Source: a virus (taxonomy: Duplodnaviria; Caudoviricetes). From it: a stretch of DNA of 64,000 nucleotides. Under the pieces are notes generated by a model. That model ran no database searches, was not told the DNA's origin, and saw only the letters and a list, made by a program, of their open reading frames with translations. The stretch's first letter is position 1; the number at the start of each line of letters is the position of its first letter. Shown here piece after piece: positions 49,619 to 60,199 of this stretch. The stretch spans positions 108,577-172,576 of the IMG/VR virus record IMGVR_UViG_3300036966_000119; one strand, 5' to 3'. Made by a program: the position numbers and the translations under genes.

Positions 49619-52005
49619 TAGAATTCACCGCCTTCTATTTCTTCTTCTATACCAGAATCAATAATGTTTTCACCCTTACCGGTTTCTTCCATTCTTCGCT
49701 GGTTTGCTACAGAACGTGCTTCTTCTGCGAGTTCTTCAAAATGATCAATATCAATCTGAGGAATGTATTCGTGAAGAAGTAACTTCTTGAATTGACGTGC
49801 TGTCTCTGAAGGTTTCTTGTCTTCACCCTCTTCAAGTTCCTCATCTCGTAAGAAGGTTTCTTGTAATAATTCCAATAAAGAATTGAAGTTATTTATCATA
49901 TCAACAGTAACATTCAGAGTCTTTGCAGTTGGCATTCTTAATACGTACTTGAGTTCCTTAAGGACTTCATGATCTATATCAGTTTCCCAACGCAAGATTC
50001 TTCTGTAGAGTCTTGTTATGTCATGATTGAAATCCATCTTGAATGATGAAATCATTGTATTGAATCTCGTGTTAGCCAATTCTGTTTCCTTAGCAAACTC
50101 AATCTGTGATTCATTTCCACCCTGAACCATCAATGACGGTACAGGGGTTGAGTTGATCGATTCATTCTTGAGCTGTTCCAATAGATCATTATTTATTGGA
50201 GCATCTGCAGCAGGAATTGTATCAAATGTAATAGGAGCAATATCACCTGCACCCATTGGCATTATCAATTCAGAACCACCACTGACTTTCGTCATGGATG
50301 ATCTATAGTTGAAGATATCATTAACAGTAACTCTACGAGCTGCAAATTTACGCATTGTATCATTAACCATCTTCTGATAATCGGTATCAAGACCAGACAT
50401 TCTAAGATTGTATACACGAACCTGAGAATTGTTTATCTGATATAAGATGGAATATAATTTGAGGAACATATACATTCTTGCTGTTACCAAACCTGGTTCC
50501 AACATAGAATGACCCTTACCAATACCATCTTTATTGATAGAACACTGGATGACATGTTCTGCAGGAATAAAAATAAAACGCATCATAGCATCATTGAACT
50601 TATGTGCCTGGAGTATAGACACAATCTGAGTATGTAATGCGATATTATCTTTCATGAATTTCAAATTGAAATTATTGATAATTTTTGATGCGAGTTTCTC
50701 ACAGAACATTCTGTCAGGAGAGAATGTATCATAACCAACAGAAGGTGATCTGAGTGTATATCCGGTAAGGCCACTATTACGGCGTTGACCGGACTCTTCA
50801 GGACGAGTCATATCAGAGATGTAATAATAACCAATGATGTTTCTGTCAACACGTATTGGAATAAGCTTTGTTGCAGGAAGTATCTTAAGATAGATACCTT
50901 TTATATTCTCGAAGTTATGAGAAATGAATTCTCCTCCGTTTTCTCCTTCACCATCTTCCATATACATGTTATCATTCATTACATGTTCAAAGAGATTATC
51001 AACCTCTTGAACAAAGCCGTCTTGATCATGGTATTTGGTATTATATACTGCACGAAGATCATGTGCTGATTCTTCTATTACAGGAAGAGCAATGTCTTTC
51101 TCAATGTATCTGATGTTACGACAAACATATTCCAATGTTGCATCAACATCCTCAGCAGCTTCTTCAGTTGCTTTCTTATTTTCAGTACCATCTTCATTGA
51201 ATACCTTGGTACGATACATTGGGTTGATTTCCATTATCTCTGCTTCTGTAAAGATACCTGCTCTCTTTTTACCACGTTTGGATTCAATAGAATCATTTAC
51301 GATAGTATCATTAAGAGATATCTCGACTGCGGATTCACCATATCCAAAACCATTAAGAACAGATGATGTATCTGACATATCCATTCCTGTAAGTTGGTTA
51401 TTCTTTGTACTACCAGACAATCTGTACTTATACAGATCCTGGAAAACTTTCGCATATGGTATTGCGTATATATAACCTTCACCATATTCAAGTGTATTGA
51501 ATACGATATGATTCTTTATAATAGAATTCAATTCCAGTCGGTCTTCGACTTCTTCAATTTTAGAAACGATTGTTTCTTGTTCAGATTCAGAAAGATTGGA
51601 TCTCTTGAATTTTATATCACGAGCCATTGTTCCGTCAACAACGTCTGATTCACATATTGCATCTCGTGTAATCTGGAGAGCAGTAAACCATTCCGGTATT
51701 TGTGATATAACTAAATCAAGATCCTGACGTAATGCTATGTCGGCTATTGTATCTACCGGCAAAAAAGCAGCATCTCTTAATTCTGACGGTAATTCAGAAA
51801 TATCAAACTTACCATCTTTTGTTGATGGCATCTTGAGCATCGCCATCTTTTCAACAAAGCTCAAATCAGTACTGAGATTATATTCATGAAGTACATCAGA
51901 TATGGTATTCATTATACCATCTTTAGTGACCGATATTTCATCACCAGTAATATCTTTATACAGATTCTGAATAAGATCCTGTGTCTTTTCAGCATTTGAA
52001 GGCAT
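49618..52005 (-). CDS. Portal protein (T4 gp20-like) with insertion
   Basis: PEWFTALQITRDAI, YGEGY, SMLEPG, LYSILYQI..SQVRVYNL, ELANTRFNTMISSFK resemble myophage portals. Confidence 0.7.
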   Translation of the reverse strand: MPSNAEKTQDLIQNLYKDITGDEISVTKDGIMNTISDVLHEYNLSTDLSFVEKMAMLKMPSTKDGKFDISELPSELRDAAFLPVDTIADIALRQDLDLVISQIPEWFTALQITRDAICESDVVDGTMARDIKFKRSNLSESEQETIVSKIEEVEDRLELNSIIKNHIVFNTLEYGEGYIYAIPYAKVFQDLYKYRLSGSTKNNQLTGMDMSDTSSVLNGFGYGESAVEISLNDTIVNDSIESKRGKKRAGIFTEAEIMEINPMYRTKVFNEDGTENKKATEEAAEDVDATLEYVCRNIRYIEKDIALPVIEESAHDLRAVYNTKYHDQDGFVQEVDNLFEHVMNDNMYMEDGEGENGGEFISHNFENIKGIYLKILPATKLIPIRVDRNIIGYYYISDMTRPEESGQRRNSGLTGYTLRSPSVGYDTFSPDRMFCEKLASKIINNFNLKFMKDNIALHTQIVSILQAHKFNDAMMRFIFIPAEHVIQCSINKDGIGKGHSMLEPGLVTARMYMFLKLYSILYQINNSQVRVYNLRMSGLDTDYQKMVNDTMRKFAARRVTVNDIFNYRSSMTKVSGGSELIMPMGAGDIAPITFDTIPAADAPINNDLLEQLKNESINSTPVPSLMVQGGNESQIEFAKETELANTRFNTMISSFKMDFNHDITRLYRRILRWETDIDHEVLKELKYVLRMPTAKTLNVTVDMINNFNSLLELLQETFLRDEELEEGEDKKPSETARQFKKLLLHEYIPQIDIDHFEELAEEARSVANQRRMEETGKGENIIDSGIEEEIEGGEF

Positions 52006-52046
52006 CTATACCAACTCCTTTCTTCTTTTTTCATTATTTGTCATTA

Positions 52047-53891
52047 TCAAGTATAACTAATGACATTCTTTGTAGGCTGGTCAATCTTAACATTTGTAAT
52101 GCCAATATTGATGTTGCCATCAAGGTCAAGATCCTTGAGGTTTGTGAATCTGAGATTCGGAGTATAGATTGGAGTAGATCTACTAAAGGGATCTGTTTGT
52201 GTCTTTGTCATAACAATGTATGGTGAACCAGTAAACATACCTGCGGCACCAATATACTTTGGCATTACAGGATCATCATGTGCTTCTCTGAGTAAGAAAG
52301 GCATTGAGTTAGCTATAGTACCTTGCTTTATATTACCGACGTCATCAACAAGTCCAGCATCGTGATTAAACTCAACAAGAACTTTGTTGGTATTCTCTAA
52401 ACGATAATGATACTTAAATGTCGCCGAAGTAGTAAGCTCTGTTATTGGTCCATTATTATCATTTGATAAGCTTGGTGAAACACTCGTTGGATAGATTCCG
52501 TAGTATTTACACCAATAAAGAATCTTTGTACCAGATTCATTTGTGACGATATCATACAATGATGAGCAATATTCGAGAGCTCTATCATATGGATGATAAC
52601 GTGTATATTGTGCTCCTGTTAATGGGTTACCTGATTCGGGAATATCCTTTATGAAATCATTCTGAATCTGATAGCCATTATAAGGAGGAATAAATATACC
52701 CTTCTTGCGTTTATACATATATAACATCAATAAACGCAAGTATTCATAAACTTCAAGATTCTTTGTATCTCTGAAGGTGAGATCCAATGTAGAACCTTGT
52801 CGACTCTCAACGTGCATTGCAGGAGTTATTGTAAATCCTTCAATACTCTTACCGACGGAATCATTAATTGTCATTGATGTTGCAGCAACACTCAAACCCT
52901 GAACACGATTTGACAATAAGAAATTCCAGTTAGCATCAAGAATATCATTTGTCAAAGAACCAGATACATACCAAGGTGACAAGAGCTTTATTATATGAGG
53001 CATTCTCGTGATAGCAGAACCAAAGTCCTCATCATTCACTGCTTGTTCACAGAAGTCTGCAGAGGCACCTGAACCACCCATCAAGTAACATTCAGGTCTT
53101 GTTATAAAGATATGACGAAAACCTTTACGCCATTCTATATCTGCTATTGGAAGCTTGGTTCTATTATATGTTTTAAAGATTGCTTCGTCTGCAGTATGAG
53201 GATTCTCCTTGGAGTTCATTCTATGGAATGGATGTATTGGAGAAATTGGTGGTTTAGAATAGTTACCAAGCTCTTTAGCACGAGCAGTCTCTTCCAGATA
53301 ACGTGATAAACCACCGTTCTGCATTATTTCCTTTTTGACAGGATCATCAAAAGGATTGACGTGCGTTGTGGCACCAGAGAATACAGCTACTTCATTTGGG
53401 TTTGGGCTTTTGTCAACATAACCAGTCTTCTTAACCTCTGCATCAGGATTCATGTAAGCACCCTTGGTTGCTTCTCCCTGAATGCCTTGGGAGATGTCTC
53501 TAATGAAATGGTCTTCTTTTCTTCTTACGAAGTAATCACCATTCTTCACAGGGTCTCCTTCAGCATGTAACATGTCGAGAGGTCTCAATGTATGTGCAGC
53601 GGGAGTTATGATTGCAGCATCTTGAATAACACCACCAGGACCAATGTTCATTCCAGAACGTTGAACCGCTTGGCCACCGGTTCCTGGAACTGCTCTTCCT
53701 TGATATGGTGTATTCATACGTGGATATTCCATCGTACCATTACTGATGTTTTCTTCAAAGATATTATTCTTTGCATATCCTGTTATAGGAGCACCAGTAG
53801 GCATTTTGGTTTCGTCTTGAGTCGTTAGAGATGCCAGAGTTTTTTCTGTTTTACCAACGACAAATTGATTGTCTTTTGTTTCATCAGGCAT
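52047..53891 (-). CDS. Virion structural protein, tube-fold baseplate/tail initiator-like
   Basis: HIFITRPEC, LDLTFRDTK, ILYWCKYYGIYPTSV..SATFKY tube-like pattern. Confidence 0.55.
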   Translation of the reverse strand: MPDETKDNQFVVGKTEKTLASLTTQDETKMPTGAPITGYAKNNIFEENISNGTMEYPRMNTPYQGRAVPGTGGQAVQRSGMNIGPGGVIQDAAIITPAAHTLRPLDMLHAEGDPVKNGDYFVRRKEDHFIRDISQGIQGEATKGAYMNPDAEVKKTGYVDKSPNPNEVAVFSGATTHVNPFDDPVKKEIMQNGGLSRYLEETARAKELGNYSKPPISPIHPFHRMNSKENPHTADEAIFKTYNRTKLPIADIEWRKGFRHIFITRPECYLMGGSGASADFCEQAVNDEDFGSAITRMPHIIKLLSPWYVSGSLTNDILDANWNFLLSNRVQGLSVAATSMTINDSVGKSIEGFTITPAMHVESRQGSTLDLTFRDTKNLEVYEYLRLLMLYMYKRKKGIFIPPYNGYQIQNDFIKDIPESGNPLTGAQYTRYHPYDRALEYCSSLYDIVTNESGTKILYWCKYYGIYPTSVSPSLSNDNNGPITELTTSATFKYHYRLENTNKVLVEFNHDAGLVDDVGNIKQGTIANSMPFLLREAHDDPVMPKYIGAAGMFTGSPYIVMTKTQTDPFSRSTPIYTPNLRFTNLKDLDLDGNINIGITNVKIDQPTKNVISYT

Positions 53892-53909
53892 CTTAGACGC
53901 CTCCTTTCA

Positions 53910-54851
53910 TTAACCCACGCTTGTAAGCAGCATTACAGCTTTCTTACAAGGCATTGAAACTGTCTTGTTCAGACTGTATGAGGTTATTGTTGTCTTATAT
54001 GATGCAGAAGATATCAGCAGGAATAAGTAAGCAATATTCTCAAGTGCAAATATCAGTGATACACCACAAGTAGATGTGAAATATGACAGATACATTGAAT
54101 CAAGGTCCTTATATCTGATAGGGTTTATCTTGGAAATCATTTTAAGAAGACCCATGAATGATTTATCCGGATTAGATACAACATCATCGATTATCTGATT
54201 TGCTACATCGGGATTTACCTTGTCATTCAGCAATCTCTTAAATGGTATTGACTCAACAGTCATATTGTCACCACGGAATATGTTATAGAAATATGATATA
54301 ACATACATCATTGCCTTGGTGAGATTATCACCTTTCATGTATAATCTCTGCTCTAATGGTGCAACTGCCATCATAGTGTAGATATTACACAAAGTTAACA
54401 TCAGCTGGCTGTTCATGAGGAACAGATCAGGGCTGACATTTAATTTTAACGCAAGATATGCTGCTTCCATTACAGCCATCAGGTTTGTATATTCCGAAGC
54501 AGCTGTAATGTTATTAACTACCTTATCAGCAAATATGAAAGCTGTCGGTGTTCCCTTGTAGCCCATTACGATAAATGGCAAACTTGCGGGAATCTTTGAT
54601 GTTGCTTTATTGTGGATTATAACCATTTCTCCTTTGAGGTATGCATCAACAGATTTCTTAGCGATAGCATCACCATTTAATCTGATTAATGCGAGTATCT
54701 CTTTAATGGTTTCCGGTGCAACGATGTTTTCTTTTGATTGAGATATTTCAGCTTTGATATTATTTGTAATATCAGAAGTTTCGTTGAACTTCATATACAA
54801 AGAAGTCTCCGAAAGCTTTGGAACTGAAGCTTCCTGAAAGAGTTGTAACAT
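53910..54851 (-). CDS. Hypothetical (probable virion) protein
   Basis: 313 aa; starts MLQLFQEAS; first gene of the portal operon. Confidence 0.75.
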   Translation of the reverse strand: MLQLFQEASVPKLSETSLYMKFNETSDITNNIKAEISQSKENIVAPETIKEILALIRLNGDAIAKKSVDAYLKGEMVIIHNKATSKIPASLPFIVMGYKGTPTAFIFADKVVNNITAASEYTNLMAVMEAAYLALKLNVSPDLFLMNSQLMLTLCNIYTMMAVAPLEQRLYMKGDNLTKAMMYVISYFYNIFRGDNMTVESIPFKRLLNDKVNPDVANQIIDDVVSNPDKSFMGLLKMISKINPIRYKDLDSMYLSYFTSTCGVSLIFALENIAYLFLLISSASYKTTITSYSLNKTVSMPCKKAVMLLTSVG

Positions 54852-54962
54852 TATGAATCACTTGCCTTTCTACTAAATAAAAATAAAATATCAATAGTCG
54901 GTCCAACATCAACATTATTATTGTTGGAAATTATCAAGCTGTGCCCCAGGAGGTGAAATAGA

Positions 54963-56261
54963 ATGGCTAAAACAGAAAAGTTTTCTGTATTATATAAATT
55001 ATCTTTATATTTACAAACAATGGGTGAAGCGGGTTCTGTATTTAATGTAGCAACATCAGACATTGTATCAATCGCAATGATTCATAATTACGACGAAGCA
55101 ATGTTTCCTGTAATACGTGTTAGATTATATTCAGACTTGTCAACCATTGAAAAGTTAACACAATACCCTGATCAGATATACGTGAGTCTTAGAATGCATG
55201 GTAACGTATATAGAATGGGTGATGAGAATAAATCACCCGAACTTGTGTACGGAGCAAACAATATCAATTTCTCTCTCAAGGGATATATTGAAAACAAAAA
55301 CACTCCTACTTCAACAATGGATCAATATGATCATGGTCTTAAGAAAAAAGCTGATCTTAATATTAATAGAAAGGTCCCGATAGATATATACTGTTATGAT
55401 GCAGAAAAGATTCATTTCATGAGAAAGAAAGCTCCTTCTATTTTTAAAGAGACTTCTATAACAACGGTAATTGAATCAATGTTCCGTAATCAAGGTATCG
55501 TGGATTATACTATCGAACCATTGAAAAATCAGAATAAGTTCGATCAAGTATTATTCCCCAATCTGAGTATATCAGAAGCACTATCATTCCTTGATAATAA
55601 ATATGGTATGTATGCAAAAGGTGCACAAGTATATGGAGACCTTGATAGATTAACCATATGCAGTACAGACGTTGATAATGGTACATTACCTAAACCAATC
55701 CATGTTGAAGGATTTAAAAACTCATCTGATATGGGTGGTATGAGAAAAATCAATTCTCAACTATACCAGATGAATACAAAGGCTGAGAATGTTTCTGTTA
55801 TATCTGAGACAGATATTGAAAGAGTATTAAACTCCGATACAATCACATCTATCAATGTTCGTGATTTAGATGTACAGAATGAGATAATGGTTAAGCTCTA
55901 CCCAGGCATAACAAAGGATATGATAGCTCGAGTATTTAAAGAAAACTCTGAGAGTTATGTTTCTATGATAATGAATAAGATTGCTACTCCTGATATATTA
56001 CATAAGACATTAAATCAATATATTGCAGAAGCATATGCTGCGCGTGTTACTGAAAGAATCACACGTGTTGATGTTTCTGGTGTTGGTTTTGATATCGGTA
56101 AATTAAATATAAGAACACGATACAATCTCATATTTGATTCACCAATACGAGGAATGAGAATGGATCAATATTATCGTGCAACAAGAGTAGTCCATGTAAT
56201 ATCCAATCTTGATTCTGATTTATTCATTGCACAAACCACAATGTCTCTTTGTTCAAATTAA
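54963..56261 (+). CDS. Probable baseplate hub protein (gp27-like)
   Basis: 432 aa; IHNYDEAMFP, QVLFPNLSISEALSFL, YYRATRVVHVI..TTMSL. Confidence 0.5.
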   Translation: MAKTEKFSVLYKLSLYLQTMGEAGSVFNVATSDIVSIAMIHNYDEAMFPVIRVRLYSDLSTIEKLTQYPDQIYVSLRMHGNVYRMGDENKSPELVYGANNINFSLKGYIENKNTPTSTMDQYDHGLKKKADLNINRKVPIDIYCYDAEKIHFMRKKAPSIFKETSITTVIESMFRNQGIVDYTIEPLKNQNKFDQVLFPNLSISEALSFLDNKYGMYAKGAQVYGDLDRLTICSTDVDNGTLPKPIHVEGFKNSSDMGGMRKINSQLYQMNTKAENVSVISETDIERVLNSDTITSINVRDLDVQNEIMVKLYPGITKDMIARVFKENSESYVSMIMNKIATPDILHKTLNQYIAEAYAARVTERITRVDVSGVGFDIGKLNIRTRYNLIFDSPIRGMRMDQYYRATRVVHVISNLDSDLFIAQTTMSLCSN

Positions 56262-56270
56262 AAAAAAATA

Positions 56271-56290
56271 ATGGGGGCGAAAGCCCCCAT
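56271..56290. terminator. Bidirectional terminator
   Basis: ATGGGGGC-GAAA-GCCCCCAT between convergent genes. Confidence 0.85.
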
Positions 56291-56294
56291 ATAT

Positions 56295-57023
56295 TTACTT
56301 ATCGTCATTTTTATAAAACATATTGAATATCATATCGAATGGGTTTGGTGATGACTGCTGTTCATTTGGTTCAGGCTTTTCGAGCTCATCCTTCTTCAAA
56401 CGAGACAGCTTCTCTTCCGCATTTAATGCCTTATCCTTTGCCTTGATATATGCCTTAGCTTCTTTTGCTGAAAGTAATCTATAGTTACCAGCACCAAGAG
56501 CAAGATCAAGTAACTTCACATCTTCTTCCGTAACCTTACGTTTTGCTGTACAATACGCAATAATGTCTTCTGTTATTCCGTCTTTATTGGTGTACTGTAC
56601 AACAGTAAATCCCATAGGCATCTCATATAATGTTGTCGGTCTATTGAGATCAACATGATCAAAAGATTTGTCTTCTACCGTCGGAACTTCTTCATCATCC
56701 CCGTCGTCATCGTCTTTGGATATTTCGTATCTTTCATCAAACTTAACAACGTAGTCAAGAATGAACTTTGCTGGATCCTTATAGATTTCCTTGAGTCCTT
56801 CGAAGTCAACAGTGAACTTAGAAGGTACTTCACACATTATAGAATCCTGTTCGGTTGAATATGGGGACACAAAGACCGTGAATGTACCATTGCTATTGGC
56901 CTCATGTTCTATAATGAATGTACTGAAGTATTCAGCATCATCATCAGGTGTATCTTCATATTCTTTAACTTTAAGCTCAACGTCAGTATCGACGTGAATC
57001 TGTCTCTGAATTACAATAAACAT
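56295..57023 (-). CDS. Hypothetical acidic protein
   Basis: 242 aa, GGAGG RBS. Confidence 0.8.
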   Translation of the reverse strand: MFIVIQRQIHVDTDVELKVKEYEDTPDDDAEYFSTFIIEHEANSNGTFTVFVSPYSTEQDSIMCEVPSKFTVDFEGLKEIYKDPAKFILDYVVKFDERYEISKDDDDGDDEEVPTVEDKSFDHVDLNRPTTLYEMPMGFTVVQYTNKDGITEDIIAYCTAKRKVTEEDVKLLDLALGAGNYRLLSAKEAKAYIKAKDKALNAEEKLSRLKKDELEKPEPNEQQSSPNPFDMIFNMFYKNDDK

Positions 57024-57067
57024 ACTGTCCTCCTACATATAACATGGCATGATAAAAATAAATAATA

Positions 57068-57090
57068 ATGGCGGGGAATAACCCCGCCAT
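57068..57090 (-). terminator. Intrinsic terminator
   Basis: ATGGCGGGG...CCCCGCCAT followed by TATTATTT on the minus strand. Confidence 0.8.
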
Positions 57091-57127
57091 CATACTCATA
57101 TGTGTTTGTGCACAATCACACACGAAA

Positions 57128-57655
57128 TCAACCGAGAGAAGTGATGCTTCTGTACTGGTTCGGGATAGCATACTCAGTACCGATGTTAGCAGCATCATTA
57201 GCAGCAGCATTATCTCTCTTAACGAACTCATTGAGATTTGAGAGGAGCTGTGATGCAGCTGGAAGAGTGCTCTTGATTGAGATGAGTGTCTGGATAGGTT
57301 CTGCTCTGAGACCATTCAGGAGACCGAACAGAAGAAGCTGATTGATTACCTCAATGCAGTCAGTGATCTTATCTATTGCTGACTGATCGAACTTAACACC
57401 GATTGGTCTGCCGCAAGCTCTGCAGTAAAGCTTTCCGTCTGCATTCTTCTGAGTTGCAAGACGATACTCACCGCCCTCGAAGATGATGTGTACACACTTC
57501 TTCTTAGCTTCCTTTACGAAATCAGGCTCATTGTTCGAACCACTAATAGGATTGATCTTCTGAGCAATGTCGATACGAGTCATCTCGTATACGATTGGCT
57601 TGATTACAGCATCCACTGAAGGATGGATCTTGTTGTTGAGTGTAGAAGTTGCCAT
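57128..57655 (-). CDS. Hypothetical protein with possible Zn site
   Basis: 175 aa, AAGGAGG RBS, CVH...CRACG. Confidence 0.8.
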   Translation of the reverse strand: MATSTLNNKIHPSVDAVIKPIVYEMTRIDIAQKINPISGSNNEPDFVKEAKKKCVHIIFEGGEYRLATQKNADGKLYCRACGRPIGVKFDQSAIDKITDCIEVINQLLLFGLLNGLRAEPIQTLISIKSTLPAASQLLSNLNEFVKRDNAAANDAANIGTEYAIPNQYRSITSLG

Positions 57656-57682
57656 TGTATATTCCTCCTTGAATAATAATAC

Positions 57683-58639
57683 TTACTTATTATTTATGAT
57701 CTGGTCAGCAACCATCTTGAGGTTTGGATACTGGTTGCCACAGTCTCTTGGGTTGATGAACTTTGTCTCGACCTTTGCAGGAACAACGCCGTAGAAACCA
57801 GCCATCTTAGTATATGTGAACTGAGTAGGCTGTGAGTTCAACTTTCTGTAAACCCATCTAACCAGTGAATCCATGAATGCCTGCTGATTAGCTGTGGGCT
57901 TTCCAGGAACTTCTGTTTTCTCGAGCAGAAGTGCACTTCTGATGAATACCTCAGGATTCTCGACAATATCAAGAATATCAGCTGTGATAGGAAGATCACT
58001 ATCGATAAGCTGGCATACAGTATCATCATTGTTCATTGCAATACATGCTGCAATAGCACGAATCTGACTCTCCTGAAGATTTGTGTAACGAGCATGAACA
58101 AGAGCCTGGATATTTCCGAGGAGCTGATCAACTGCCCACTGAATGTGACGAATAGGTTCGAGAGGATCCTTTGTTGTAGTAGCAGTAGGAGTAGATGCCT
58201 CGGTCTTCTCCTTATCCTTGTCCTCATCCTTTTTAACCTTCTTCTTTTCAGTTGGTACCTCAACATTCTGCTCGATCCATTTGTTCATGAGTCTCGCAAG
58301 ATATGCACCAGATACACAGTTCTGTTCAGCATTGTTTTCCTTACCAAGGAACTGCATCAGCATGTTTATGAAGTTGGGATCCATTACATGCTTACTCAGT
58401 GCAAGATTGAGACCCTGAGCAACATTGTTTGTCTCGAGATCTACCTGAAGGATATAGTTAGCTACTCTTGGGAATCTCTGCACTATATCACTATACAGAT
58501 AGTCCTTAGCCTGCTGAGTAATGAAGAGTTTCTCCTGTGGAGACTGATTGAGTGGTGCTCGACCGATAATTGACTGAAGATATGACTCAACAGAATTGAG
58601 TATAATCATATCACTGTCTGTGATGGTCATCGGAATCAT
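57683..58639 (-). CDS. Hypothetical helical protein
   Basis: Start MIPMT after AAGGAGG; preceded by the early-type motif ATATACATAATTTTGTAG (58688-58705). Confidence 0.8.
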   Translation of the reverse strand: MIPMTITDSDMIILNSVESYLQSIIGRAPLNQSPQEKLFITQQAKDYLYSDIVQRFPRVANYILQVDLETNNVAQGLNLALSKHVMDPNFINMLMQFLGKENNAEQNCVSGAYLARLMNKWIEQNVEVPTEKKKVKKDEDKDKEKTEASTPTATTTKDPLEPIRHIQWAVDQLLGNIQALVHARYTNLQESQIRAIAACIAMNNDDTVCQLIDSDLPITADILDIVENPEVFIRSALLLEKTEVPGKPTANQQAFMDSLVRWVYRKLNSQPTQFTYTKMAGFYGVVPAKVETKFINPRDCGNQYPNLKMVADQIINNK

Positions 58640-58732
58640 TTGATTTTCCTCCTTAGATTTATTTTGATACTCCATGGTTGGGGATATCTACAAAATTATG
58701 TATATACTTAAACCATGAATTTTATCATCATT

Positions 58733-59854
58733 TTATTCCCAAATGAAGTCCTTCATTCTGTTTGGTTTACCGTCTATCATTTCACTCTCAGTATCAATGA
58801 CAGAAGCTTTCTTTTTGTTCATGAAGGATGGACGTCTCGAACGTTTAATATTATCTCCGAGACTGGTTGCTTCTTTGTACTCGGTATCAATGATTTTTAT
58901 TTCTGAACGAGGAAGTCCTGCAATGATGAGAGTTGCAGATGCCATACCGTCATTATCATCTTTAACGATGTTACGATATTCATCATATACGACACTGTCC
59001 TCGTCTTTCTTTGGGGGATCAATTCTTTCTCTTATACCAGCAAATACGTCACCGAAGTCTTCATCTGCGAACATAGACTTCAATGAGAAAGCAGTCATAA
59101 GTGTATTAACACCAACCTCTTCAGATTTCCATACAGGCTGGAAACCAGAGAACACCTTCATTGTTATCTCCTTCTGAAGTGTCTGGATTTTATTTGCTTC
59201 AGCCTGAACAGCTATGAGTCTTCCAGGAGTATTAAGTATAACATCAAGATCCGAATCATCTATTGAATCAAGTTCAGTTGCATCATACTTTTTGCCGAAG
59301 ATTACTTCAACAAAATTTACTACTTCCTGATTGACAGGACCGTAATCTGCATCGCCACGGCGATTCTCGAAAATAGAATATGTCTCAATACCGATCTCAC
59401 CGAGGTCTATGTAGAGATCATTTGTATTAAGATGGAATGCAGCCGGGTCTTTCTTATTAGGTGCTATTATTATCGGTATAACCTGAATACCTTGTGCTTT
59501 CAATGATTTACATAATGGAACTGTTGCACCAGAACCTGTTCCACCAGCACCTGATGTTATTACCAATACAGGAGTCTTTGCCTGTTTGGCTACAGCGTAT
59601 AAACCTTTAAATGCCCCTTGTGATTCATGGAATTCAAACATGGCTCTTCCACGGTCTCTGTTACGACCAGAACCACTCTTCTCATCAGAGATAATCGGGA
59701 TCACATTAATTCTGTCAATAGATGACAGATCGACTGATGCAGCAACTGAATCAATTGAATACAGTTTTACATCTTCGAGTAGTGTTGATTGTGAGATTGC
59801 TTTTACGATGTTCGTACCAGTATTACCCAGTCCTATTATGAGATTATCACTCAT
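58733..59854 (-). CDS. tubZ: Tubulin/FtsZ-family GTPase (TubZ/PhuZ-like)
   Basis: IIGLGNTGTNIV, GSGRNRDRG, signature GAGGTGSG, T7-like SIDDSDL. Confidence 0.88.
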   Translation of the reverse strand: MSDNLIIGLGNTGTNIVKAISQSTLLEDVKLYSIDSVAASVDLSSIDRINVIPIISDEKSGSGRNRDRGRAMFEFHESQGAFKGLYAVAKQAKTPVLVITSGAGGTGSGATVPLCKSLKAQGIQVIPIIIAPNKKDPAAFHLNTNDLYIDLGEIGIETYSIFENRRGDADYGPVNQEVVNFVEVIFGKKYDATELDSIDDSDLDVILNTPGRLIAVQAEANKIQTLQKEITMKVFSGFQPVWKSEEVGVNTLMTAFSLKSMFADEDFGDVFAGIRERIDPPKKDEDSVVYDEYRNIVKDDNDGMASATLIIAGLPRSEIKIIDTEYKEATSLGDNIKRSRRPSFMNKKKASVIDTESEMIDGKPNRMKDFIWE

Positions 59855-59855
59855 A

Positions 59856-60086
59856 TTATTCATCCTCCTCGTCTTCATAATCAGGGTCGTCTAATCCATA
59901 AAACTCCCATTCGATTTCACCATCTTCATCCGTACACCAATCATTGTAATTCTCTTCACCGATTGATATGGTCACATTGTTAGGATTCAGATATGGGATA
60001 GGACCAACTGTAGCCTGACATGCATTAATTGCGTCACCAATAAACCCAGCTTCGTCTTTGGTATCGCATTCTATTTTGATAGCCAT
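59856..60086 (-). CDS. Small acidic protein
   Basis: 76 aa, GGGAGGT RBS, very acidic C-terminus. Confidence 0.75.
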   Translation of the reverse strand: MAIKIECDTKDEAGFIGDAINACQATVGPIPYLNPNNVTISIGEENYNDWCTDEDGEIEWEFYGLDDPDYEDEEDE

Positions 60087-60199
60087 TTAATTACCTCCCT
60101 AATATGATTAAACCCGCTAACACCAAGACAGATTTACTGAACTTTCTTCAATATTTTTATTTTATTTTACTTGGCAATAGCGGGTTGATCATTCATTGA

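Noticed and set aside
54900-54930. Late promoters for the divergent portal operon and hub gene
   Set aside because: AACA occurs on both strands, but without TA at the N6 spacing, so no promoter was called.
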